The notes under the pieces were generated by a model that made no database searches, was not told the origin of the DNA, and saw only the letters and a program-made list of their open reading frames with translations. From positions 2,381 to 66,380 of the forward strand of contig DATGVZ010000083.1 in assembly GCA_035299765.1 (NCBI GenBank): a DNA stretch of 64,000 nt. The letters are read 5' to 3'. The number at the start of each line of letters is the position of its first letter. The first letter of the stretch is position 1. This document shows, piece by piece, positions 37,606 to 47,427 of this stretch. The DNA is from Gemmatimonadales bacterium (lineage in GTDB: Bacteria > Gemmatimonadota > Gemmatimonadetes > Gemmatimonadales > GWC2-71-9). The translations under genes were made by a program, and so were the position numbers.

Positions 37606-38810
37606 TCGCCTCTCAATCGCTCTCAGCGGAGGCGCAGCTGCTGCTCATGGCCGCCGACGGCCGGAGCGATGCCACGCACGCATCGATATCTCTCGACGAT
37701 CATTTCGATTGGGCGAAGCTCTTGCGTCTCGCCCAGGAGGAGGGTTCCACCGCGCTCGTGTGGCGTTGGGTGCGGCACACCCACGCTCAGCATGTGCCCG
37801 CTGACGTCGCAATTCAATGGCAGCGACTTGCGATGGTCGCCGAATTCCAGATGTTGCATTTGGAGCGTTTGCTGGACGACGTGCTCGACGTGTTCGAGGC
37901 GTACGGGATCGAGTCCGTTCTGCTGAAGGGCAGCGCGCTCGCATACACGGTGTATGGCTCCTTCGCGGCCCGCCCGATGGGCGATCTCGACTTGCTGGTG
38001 CGACCAGTCCAAGCGCAGGAAGCGTGGTCGCTGCTGCAAGCGAACGGCTGGGTCTGGCCATCGGACCGCTGGCCACGCGCGCATTACGTTGCCCATCAGC
38101 ATTTGCCTCCGCTCGTCCATTCATCGGGCAGCGAGCTCCGCGCGGAGATTCATTCCGCGCTGTTCCCCATTGGTCACCCCTTCCGCTGGCCGGTCGAGGA
38201 CGTGTGGAATCAGGCGACGCGGCTGCGCGTGCAGAATCGTTCCGTGCTCGTGCCGCAACCGTTCCATCAGTTGTTGCACCTCTGCATCCACTTTGCCTGG
38301 TCGCACGAGATGCGCTGGGGCAGCTGGCGCGCGCTGCGGGATGTCGCCGCCATCACGAGGCGCGAGAACATCGGCTGGACGGCGTTTGTCGAGACCGCGC
38401 GTACCTGCCGGGCGACGACATGCTGTTACTGGACCCTGCGCCTGGCTCGCGACCTCAGCGGCGCGCTCGTGCCGGATGACGTGCTGCATGCCTTGCGGCC
38501 GCCGAGACCGGAGTCGCTGTTACGGCGCCTCGAGTGTCATTACACGCTTCAGCTCTTTGCCCTCGACAACGTCTGCCCGTCGGAAGGGTTGAACAATGCG
38601 TTATGGCAGCTGGGCATTGCGCCGCGGTGGTGCGGACACGGCGGTGCCCGGCCGTGGCAAGGCGCCGAGCACTGGACGGCGAACGGCGACCAGCGAAGCG
38701 CGCGCGCGGCCTGGCCGCGGCGGATTATGAACCGGGTGCGTCACGCGGCGGCGATTCTCGTGTATCTGGGGAGGGTAACGGCGACGACGGGGCACCCGCT
38801 TCGCGCTTGA
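37602..38810 (+). CDS. nucleotidyltransferase family protein (NTP_transf_5 / PF14907-like)
   Basis: ATG 37602 in an ATGA overlap with the kinase stop. The motif VLLKGSALAYTVYGSFAARPMGDLDLLVRP is characteristic of this family. Its 3-prime end overlaps convergent rarA by 86 nt. Confidence 0.7.
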   Translation: MIASQSLSAEAQLLLMAADGRSDATHASISLDDHFDWAKLLRLAQEEGSTALVWRWVRHTHAQHVPADVAIQWQRLAMVAEFQMLHLERLLDDVLDVFEAYGIESVLLKGSALAYTVYGSFAARPMGDLDLLVRPVQAQEAWSLLQANGWVWPSDRWPRAHYVAHQHLPPLVHSSGSELRAEIHSALFPIGHPFRWPVEDVWNQATRLRVQNRSVLVPQPFHQLLHLCIHFAWSHEMRWGSWRALRDVAAITRRENIGWTAFVETARTCRATTCCYWTLRLARDLSGALVPDDVLHALRPPRPESLLRRLECHYTLQLFALDNVCPSEGLNNALWQLGIAPRWCGHGGARPWQGAEHWTANGDQRSARAAWPRRIMNRVRHAAAILVYLGRVTATTGHPLRA

Positions 38811-40113
38811 GCTTCGCCCACCAATCCATGCGCTCCTTCACCGTCTTCTCGTAGCCGAATTCGCTGGGTTGATACCAGCGACGGCCCCGCAAGGGTTCGG
38901 GCAAATACTCCTGTGGTAAGTACGCGTTTTCGGAATCGAACGCGTACTTGTAGTCCGCGCCGTAGCCGAGCTCTTTGAGCAGCGGCGTCGGCGCGTTGCG
39001 AACGTGCAGCGGGACCGGCTCGGCCGGATGCTCGCGCGCGGCGGTCATGGCGTCACCGAACGCGGTGTACGCCGAGTTCGACTTCGGGGCCGTCGCGAGA
39101 TAGATCGCCGCTTCCGCGAGTGCGAGCTCCCCCTCCGGACTGCCGAGGAAGTGGTAGGCGTCTTTTGCGGCGAGCGCGACGGTGAGCGCGCGCGGATCCG
39201 CGAGTCCGATGTCCTCACTCGCCATGCGCACGAGGCGGCGCGCGATGTACAGGGGATCCTCGCCGCCTGCGAGCATGCGCGCGAGCCAGTAGAGCGCGCC
39301 GTCGGCATCCGAGCCACGCACGGCTTTGTGCAGTGCCGAGATCAGGTTGAAGTGCTGTTCGCCGGCTTTGTCGTAGACGGGAAGCGGTTTCTCGAGCACG
39401 CTCAGCACGAGATCGGCACCAATGGGACTGGGGACTGGGGACTGGTGTTCGGCGTGCTTGAAGACCGCTTCGAGAGTGTTCAAGGCGCGGCGCGCGTCTC
39501 CTTGAGCATGTCGCACCAATAGCTCAAGCGCTTCAGCATCGAATACCTCCGCCGCGCTGCTCTTCTCCTTTTCCCATTCCCCAGTCCCCCGGGCGATAAT
39601 CGTCCGTATGTGGTCGTCGTTGAGCGGCTCGAGCACGAACACCCGGCACCGCGACAACAACGCGCTCGTCAGCTCGAAGGACGGATTCTCGGTCGTGGCG
39701 CCGATGAGCGTGATGACGCCGTTCTCGACCCAGGGGAGAAACGCGTCCTGCTGCCCCCTGTTGAATCGATGGATCTCGTCGCAGAAGAGGATCGTGCCCT
39801 GCCCCTGGTACTTCAGCCGCTCCTCGGCCTCTCTGATGATCTCGCGCACTCGGGCGACGCCCTCGGTCACCGCGGAAAACGGCTCGAAGTGCCGGTCGGT
39901 GTAATTCGCGATGATTTTGGCGAGGGTGGTTTTGCCGGACCCCGGCGGGCCCCAGAAGATGCACGATCCGACGTCGCCCCTGCGGATCAGATCGCCGAGG
40001 GCTTTGCCGGGGCCGAGGAGGTGCTCCTGGCCGAGGAACTGCTCGAGGTTTTTCGGCCGCATGCGCGCCGCGAGCGGTTCGGCGGAGCCCTGGAATAACG
40101 TCGGTTCCTTCAC
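38725..40113 (-). CDS. rarA: replication-associated recombination protein A (AAA+ ATPase)
   Basis: Motifs PLAARMRPKNLEQFLGQEHLLG, Walker A GPPGSGKTT, CDEIHRFNRGQQDAFLP and GDARRALNTLE. The start is GTG at 40113. Confidence 0.9.
   Translation of the reverse strand: MKEPTLFQGSAEPLAARMRPKNLEQFLGQEHLLGPGKALGDLIRRGDVGSCIFWGPPGSGKTTLAKIIANYTDRHFEPFSAVTEGVARVREIIREAEERLKYQGQGTILFCDEIHRFNRGQQDAFLPWVENGVITLIGATTENPSFELTSALLSRCRVFVLEPLNDDHIRTIIARGTGEWEKEKSSAAEVFDAEALELLVRHAQGDARRALNTLEAVFKHAEHQSPVPSPIGADLVLSVLEKPLPVYDKAGEQHFNLISALHKAVRGSDADGALYWLARMLAGGEDPLYIARRLVRMASEDIGLADPRALTVALAAKDAYHFLGSPEGELALAEAAIYLATAPKSNSAYTAFGDAMTAAREHPAEPVPLHVRNAPTPLLKELGYGADYKYAFDSENAYLPQEYLPEPLRGRRWYQPSEFGYEKTVKERMDWWAKLKREAGAPSSPLPSPDTRESPPRDAPGS
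39424..39445. repeat. G-tract repeat copy GGGACTGGGGACTGGGGACTGG inside rarA
   Basis: Read directly from the sequence. It is translated on the - strand as HQSPVPSPIG. It belongs to the same family as the 40122 and 55427 copies. Confidence 0.7.
39573..39590. repeat. G-tract repeat copy (CCCATTCCCCAGTCCCCC on + strand) inside rarA
   Basis: It is in inverted orientation relative to 39424-39445 and is translated as GTGEWEK in RarA. Confidence 0.7.
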
Positions 40114-40121
40114 CGGGCGGC

Positions 40122-40144
40122 GGGGAATGGGGACTGGGGAATGG
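40122..40144. repeat. left 23-nt inverted repeat GGGGAATGGGGACTGGGGAATGG
   Basis: Read directly from the sequence. It is the exact reverse complement of 40584-40606. Confidence 0.9.
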
Positions 40145-40217
40145 TATGCATTCTTTTAGCACTCGCCTGCACGCATTGGATTCGGTTGCGGAGCATGGAC
40201 TAATACATACTCATCAC

Positions 40218-40625
40218 ATGAAACAACTTGACACCCTTGAGGCATGGAAATGCGCACAGAAGCTTGCCCGCGATGCCTACAGTCTAACCCTGCGAGATCC
40301 TCTTAATCGACACTTCGGAATCGCCGACCAGATTCGGCGAGCCGCAACGTCGATCCCCGCCAACATGGTCGAGGGTCACGCACTCGCTACGACTGCACAA
40401 TTCATCCGTTGTTTGAGAATAGCACTCGGATCAACGGCAGAGCTCCTTAGTCATCTAAAGATCAGCGTCGACCTCAGGTTGATTCTCGAGTCTGATGGAC
40501 AAGCAATAATCGGCTTGACTGAACGAACACTGCGGCTCCTCATAGGGCTACTGCGTTCGCTCGATACGAACCGTCATCGCACGCCATTCCCCAGTCCCCA
40601 TTCCCCTAAGCAGCGGCATCTATGA
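40218..40625 (+). CDS. four-helix-bundle protein (23S rRNA intervening-sequence protein family, Avd-like fold)
   Basis: Frame of ORF 40146..40625, with a likely start at MKQLDTLEAWKCAQKLA (ATG 40218). The family motif is ADQIRRAATSIPANMVEG. The last 13 codons read through the right inverted repeat (PFPSPHSP). Confidence 0.75.
   Translation: MKQLDTLEAWKCAQKLARDAYSLTLRDPLNRHFGIADQIRRAATSIPANMVEGHALATTAQFIRCLRIALGSTAELLSHLKISVDLRLILESDGQAIIGLTERTLRLLIGLLRSLDTNRHRTPFPSPHSPKQRHL
40584..40606. repeat. right 23-nt inverted repeat CCATTCCCCAGTCCCCATTCCCC
   Basis: Read directly from the sequence. It is the exact reverse complement of 40122-40144. Confidence 0.9.
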
Positions 40626-41325
40626 TGAGTTTCGTGACGAAGAATAAGGCGGCGCCAGCGAAGAACGCCGCCGGCAATCCCCAGCCTTTCTTACCCTGGA
40701 ACTCAGGAACGAGGTTCGATGCGGCGACGTAAATCGTCACCCCCGCCGACAGCGCTAAGCCGTGCTGGATGAGGAAGCCCATCTCATTGGTGAGCAGCAC
40801 ACCAATGAGCGTTGCCAGGCCAAGCAAGGCCGCTGCTCCCACGGCCCGGCCGCCGGAGCGTCCACCCGCGAGCATGAGGCTCGAAATCGTGACTCCCTCG
40901 GGCAACTTGTGCAGGAAGATCGCGATGAACACCATGATCCCCAGTTCCGGACGGACCAGAAACGCGCTCGCGATCGCCACGCCATCGAAGAACGTGTGCA
41001 GCAGTAGTCCGATCAGCGCGGAAGTCCCGGCAACGGAGCTGACCGCGTGAGTCTCTTCGCCAAAGTGGAAGTGCGGCGTCACGGTGTGTTGGGTGAGGTG
41101 CACGGCCAGGTACCCGGCCAGCACGAGCGCCGGGGCGGCGGGCCCGCTGCGTGATAGCGCCGCCGGCAGCAGCTCGACAATCGCGACCGACAGCATGAAT
41201 CCCGCACCGAAGGCCACGAGCAGCTCGATGATTTGCAGCTCGCGGACCGCGCGCCGTGTGACGGCCAGCGCGCCCAGCACGTTGCCGGCGGCCGCGACCA
41301 GCGCGTACAACAGTGCCTTAGACAC
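40606..41325 (-). CDS. ZIP family metal (Zn/Fe) transporter
   Basis: Motifs HTFFDGVAIASAF and HKLPEGVTISSLML, with multiple TM helices. The probable start is GTG 41325 (VSKALLYALVAAAG), overlapping the upstream gene by 8 nt. Confidence 0.8.
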   Translation of the reverse strand: MSKALLYALVAAAGNVLGALAVTRRAVRELQIIELLVAFGAGFMLSVAIVELLPAALSRSGPAAPALVLAGYLAVHLTQHTVTPHFHFGEETHAVSSVAGTSALIGLLLHTFFDGVAIASAFLVRPELGIMVFIAIFLHKLPEGVTISSLMLAGGRSGGRAVGAAALLGLATLIGVLLTNEMGFLIQHGLALSAGVTIYVAASNLVPEFQGKKGWGLPAAFFAGAALFFVTKLIIDAAA

Positions 41326-42466
41326 GGGACAGGAGATAGCTCTTGGTGTTGCGCGCCGGATCTTCGAGCACTTCTTCGAGCAGGCGCGCCAATGCTTCTC
41401 CGACGTCCGGCCCGGGCCTGACGCCGGCAGCAATCAAGTCATCGCCTTTCACAGCCAGATCCTTCAAGCCGAGCGGCGGATTCGCGGCCCGGATCCCGGC
41501 GACGCTCTTCCGGAAGGCGTCAGTCGCCCCCACCAGCAAATCGTCTGCGTATTCACCCGTCTCCGAGAGCCATTTGCGGATGCGCGCTGCGTCGCGTGGA
41601 TCGGGGTAATTCCCGCGCCATTTGCCGATGGCCCGCCCGCGCTCGATGTCCCGGTTCGAGCTCTTGAGCCGGATCAGCAGCGACGCTGGATCCTTGGCGA
41701 TGTACGCCGTCACGAGCACCGGATCTCGCGGCAGTTGGTCCACGCCACTGGCGTCGCCCAGCTCGGGAAGCCAGATGCGCGTCGCGCCGACGTCCCGCCA
41801 CAGGGCGACAAGTTTCGATAGTTTTATCGCCGTCTGAATCCCCTTGAACCATTCATCACGGACGCGCTCGGCGGACAGCTGGGCGAGTCCCTGCACATTG
41901 GCTTTTGCGGCCTCGAGCGTCCGCGCATGAATGCGAAACTCGAACCGGGCGCTGAACCGCAGCGCCCGCAAAATTCGCAGATAGTCCTCCTGGAAACGCC
42001 AATTCGGATCGCCGACGGAGCGGATCAGCCGCTTCTGGAGGTCCTGCTCGCCTTGAAATGGGTCGCGCCATTCGTGACGGATGGGATGATACGCGATCGC
42101 GTTGATGGTGAAGTCGCGCCGCGCAAGGTCATCCATGAGCGAGACGCCGAACTCGACGACGGCGTGTCGCCCATCCGTCTTGATGTCTTTACGGAAAGTG
42201 GTGACCTCATGGACCCGTCTGTCTTTATCCAGGATGCCGACGGTTCCGTGTTCGATGCCCACGGGAACGACGCGCCTGAACACCTGCTCCACCTGCTCTG
42301 GCGTCGCCGCGGTGGTGAGATCGAACACATGTTCTCGAATCTCGACGCCGAGGAGACTATCGCGAATCGCACCACCGACGCACCAGGTTTCAAATCCAGC
42401 ATCTTCGAGCTTCTTCGCGATCTTCACAACTTCGGGTGGAATGGGCAGCGAGGCGGGAAAAGTCAT
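41318..42466 (-). CDS. CCA tRNA nucleotidyltransferase / poly(A) polymerase family protein
   Basis: Pol-beta-like head domain with WCVGGAIRDSLLG...FDLTT and RRDFTINAIAY. Confidence 0.8.
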   Translation of the reverse strand: MTFPASLPIPPEVVKIAKKLEDAGFETWCVGGAIRDSLLGVEIREHVFDLTTAATPEQVEQVFRRVVPVGIEHGTVGILDKDRRVHEVTTFRKDIKTDGRHAVVEFGVSLMDDLARRDFTINAIAYHPIRHEWRDPFQGEQDLQKRLIRSVGDPNWRFQEDYLRILRALRFSARFEFRIHARTLEAAKANVQGLAQLSAERVRDEWFKGIQTAIKLSKLVALWRDVGATRIWLPELGDASGVDQLPRDPVLVTAYIAKDPASLLIRLKSSNRDIERGRAIGKWRGNYPDPRDAARIRKWLSETGEYADDLLVGATDAFRKSVAGIRAANPPLGLKDLAVKGDDLIAAGVRPGPDVGEALARLLEEVLEDPARNTKSYLLSRV

Positions 42467-43149
42467 CCGCAGAGCACCGAGCCACCATTCACATTCAGAA
42501 TTTCACCTGTGATGTGCCGCGCCAATAGCGAGCAGAGAAACAGAATTGGCCCCGCGACATCATCGGCGGTGGCCACACGTCCGAGTGGAATCGTCTTTTC
42601 GATCTTCGCACGGCCGCCGGCGGCGTATGGCTTCGCCGACATCTCCGTATCGACCCACCCCGGCGCCACGCAATTCACGGTGATTCGCGGCGCCAGCTCG
42701 ACGGCAAGAGACTTCGTCAACGAGATCACCGCGCCCTTTGTCGCGGCATAGTCGGCGTGATAGGCTTCGCCGCGCTGCCCCGCCGTCGACGACACGAGCA
42801 CAATGGTTCCGGACGACATCGTGGCAATGGCGGCTCGACAGACGTAAAACATGGAGTCGAGATTCGCCCGCCGGGTGGACTCCCACTGTTCGTCGCTCAT
42901 CTTGCTGAGGGGAACGTCGTCGGGCGGCCAGACGCCATGATTGACGACGAGGATGTCGAGACCGCCGAGCCGTTGGATCGCATCGGCAACGATCCGTCGC
43001 GCGGTCGCCGCGTTGCCGAGATCCCCGCCCTGCGTCCGGCTGGTCACCGAGACGCTGGCGCCCGCGCGCTCGAGCAGTGTCGCGGTCGCGCGTCCAATCC
43101 CTCTCGTCCCCCCGGTCACGAGCGCCCGCTTGCCGGTGAGATCGATCAT
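42463..43149 (-). CDS. SDR family oxidoreductase (FabG-like)
   Basis: Motifs KRALVTGGTRGIGRA and catalytic YAATKGAV. Confidence 0.85.
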   Translation of the reverse strand: MIDLTGKRALVTGGTRGIGRATATLLERAGASVSVTSRTQGGDLGNAATARRIVADAIQRLGGLDILVVNHGVWPPDDVPLSKMSDEQWESTRRANLDSMFYVCRAAIATMSSGTIVLVSSTAGQRGEAYHADYAATKGAVISLTKSLAVELAPRITVNCVAPGWVDTEMSAKPYAAGGRAKIEKTIPLGRVATADDVAGPILFLCSLLARHITGEILNVNGGSVLCG

Positions 43150-43718
43150 CCCCGCAGTCGATCCTCCACCAGGTCGCAGATCACGTGTTCGATCGCGAGG
43201 TGCAGCTCCTGGATGCGCGCCGTGTCGTCGGCCGGCACGACCAGCGCCACGTCCGCGAGCTCCTTGAGGTGTCCGCCGGTCTTCCCGACCAGCGCGACGA
43301 CGCCGACTCCTCGCGCTTTCGCCGCCTGCGCCGCGCGGATCACGTTCGGGCTCTCGCCGCTCGTCGAATGCAGCACGAGCAAGTCGCCCGGCTCCGCCAG
43401 CGCCTCCACCTGGCGCGCAAAGACTTCGTCGAATCCCATGTCGTTGGCGCAGGCGGTCAGCAGGGACGTATCGGTGGTGAGCGCGATCGCGCGCATCGCC
43501 GGCCGGGTGGTCTGATAGCGGACGACATACTCGGTGGCGACGTGCTGCGCGTCGGCGGCGCTGCCGCCGTTGCCCGCGAAGAAAAGCGTCCCACCACCGC
43601 GCAGTGTCGTCTCATAGCGGTCGGCGATGGCGGCGATCGCGTCCGCCTGCTCCGCCGCCACCCGGCTCGCAAGCGCGGCGAGGCCGTCCAGCGACTCCCG
43701 GATTTTCGCGATGCTCAC
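43146..43718 (-). CDS. SIS domain protein (phosphoheptose isomerase GmhA / DiaA-like)
   Basis: Motifs FFAGNGGSAADAQHVATEY and HSTSGESPNVI. GTG start at 43718. Confidence 0.8.
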   Translation of the reverse strand: MSIAKIRESLDGLAALASRVAAEQADAIAAIADRYETTLRGGGTLFFAGNGGSAADAQHVATEYVVRYQTTRPAMRAIALTTDTSLLTACANDMGFDEVFARQVEALAEPGDLLVLHSTSGESPNVIRAAQAAKARGVGVVALVGKTGGHLKELADVALVVPADDTARIQELHLAIEHVICDLVEDRLRG

Positions 43719-44431
43719 CGCGCGGCCTCTACGAACGCCCTCAGATCGTGCTTGGCCCCTTCTTCTATAATGGTGCCGATGACGACGAAATCCGCCCCAG
43801 CCGCCCGCGCGGCTCGGGCCTGCTCAGGCGTGCGGATCCCCCCGCCCACGAAGAGCGGACGATCGGGGGGGGGCACGGCGGCGCGACAGGCACGGATGAC
43901 GGCGGGCGGGACGGGCCGTTCGGCGCCGCTGCCGGCATCGAGATACACCGCCTGCATCCCGATCAGCTGCGCGGCCGTCGCGTGCGCCGCCGCAAGCTCA
44001 GGTTTGTCGGCGGGGAGGGGCCGCGTCTGGCTTACCGACTCGACACTCGTGACGCGACCGCCATCGATGAGGATATACGCGGTCGACAACGTCGGGACCG
44101 GATGCTGCTGGAGGAACGGGACGGCGCGCACGTGCTCCTCGATCAGGTACTGTGGGTTGCGGCCTGAAACGAGCGACAGAAAGAGCACGAGATCCACTTG
44201 ATCGGTCAGCTGCATGGCCGAGCCCGGGAAGAGCGCCACCGGAATGCCCGGCGCGTGCGCCCGCAATGCGCGCGCGACCTCGTGGGTCTGCGCCGCGCCA
44301 TCGAACGACGAACCGATCAACAGGCCTCGCACTCCTGCCGCTTTCGCCTGGCGACCGATTTCCGCCGCCTCGGCGCCCGAGGTGCGAACGGGATCCACGA
44401 GCACCAGCAACCCCTGACCATCAAGCTTCAT
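43715..44431 (-). CDS. (hepta/geranylgeranyl)prenylglyceryl phosphate synthase family protein (PcrB/GGGPS)
   Basis: Start ATG 44431 (MKLDGQGLLVLVDP). Motifs YLDAGSGA and FVGGGIRTPEQA, on a TIM-barrel-like pattern. Confidence 0.7.
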   Translation of the reverse strand: MKLDGQGLLVLVDPVRTSGAEAAEIGRQAKAAGVRGLLIGSSFDGAAQTHEVARALRAHAPGIPVALFPGSAMQLTDQVDLVLFLSLVSGRNPQYLIEEHVRAVPFLQQHPVPTLSTAYILIDGGRVTSVESVSQTRPLPADKPELAAAHATAAQLIGMQAVYLDAGSGAERPVPPAVIRACRAAVPPPDRPLFVGGGIRTPEQARAARAAGADFVVIGTIIEEGAKHDLRAFVEAAR

Positions 44432-44683
44432 GCAGGGATCCCTCCTCCGCCTGGGCTTCGAACGCGTAGGTGGCAAACGCGTCGGCCGCGAGCAGGTCGA
44501 GCGCCAGCTCACGGCCGCCGGTTGGCCGCGACGCAACCCCGGCGAGCAACTCGCGACCCAGCTCCGCCAGGTGCTCGGCAAGCGGGAGCGGGGTGTCGTG
44601 CACCGCGCTGCGCAACCGTTCACGCAGGGTTGTGGGAGGCACGGGACGCCGGGCGTCCAGCCACGCCATCACTTCGTCGCGGG

Positions 44684-44687
<4 letters not shown>
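44421..44687 (-). CDS. hypothetical small protein (88 aa)
   Basis: It fits exactly between alaS and the PcrB-like gene, overlapping them by 4 and 11 nt. I recognised no family. Confidence 0.4.
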
Positions 44688-47323
<2,636 letters not shown>

Positions 47324-47427
47324 GGCGCGGAATATAGCGCAGGGAGGTGCAACTGAAAGGATGGACAGGAGTTAAGCGTCGAGATCGGTTGTCTGACGGA
47401 CGGCTGGGAATTGTGGGTTGGCTGGTC

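Larger units (their letters stand above)
40122..40606. mobile_element. IVS-like cassette: low-GC four-helix-bundle gene bracketed by perfect 23-nt inverted repeats
   Basis: GGGGAATGGGGACTGGGGAATGG (40122-40144) and its exact reverse complement (40584-40606) flank a visibly AT-richer 439-nt segment. The unit exactly fills the rarA-start to ZIP-stop gap. Mobility is inferred; no transposase is present. Confidence 0.45.

Noticed and set aside
43865-43873. G9/C10 homopolymer runs as phase-variation switches. They occur at 43865-43873, at 56450-56459 in the aminopeptidase gene, at 57258-57267 in the TPR gene, and as 49658-49666 intergenic.
   Set aside because: They encode Gly/Pro runs in housekeeping-type genes of a very GC-rich genome. 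There is no contingency-locus context. They are more likely sequencing-error-prone spots than regulatory switches.
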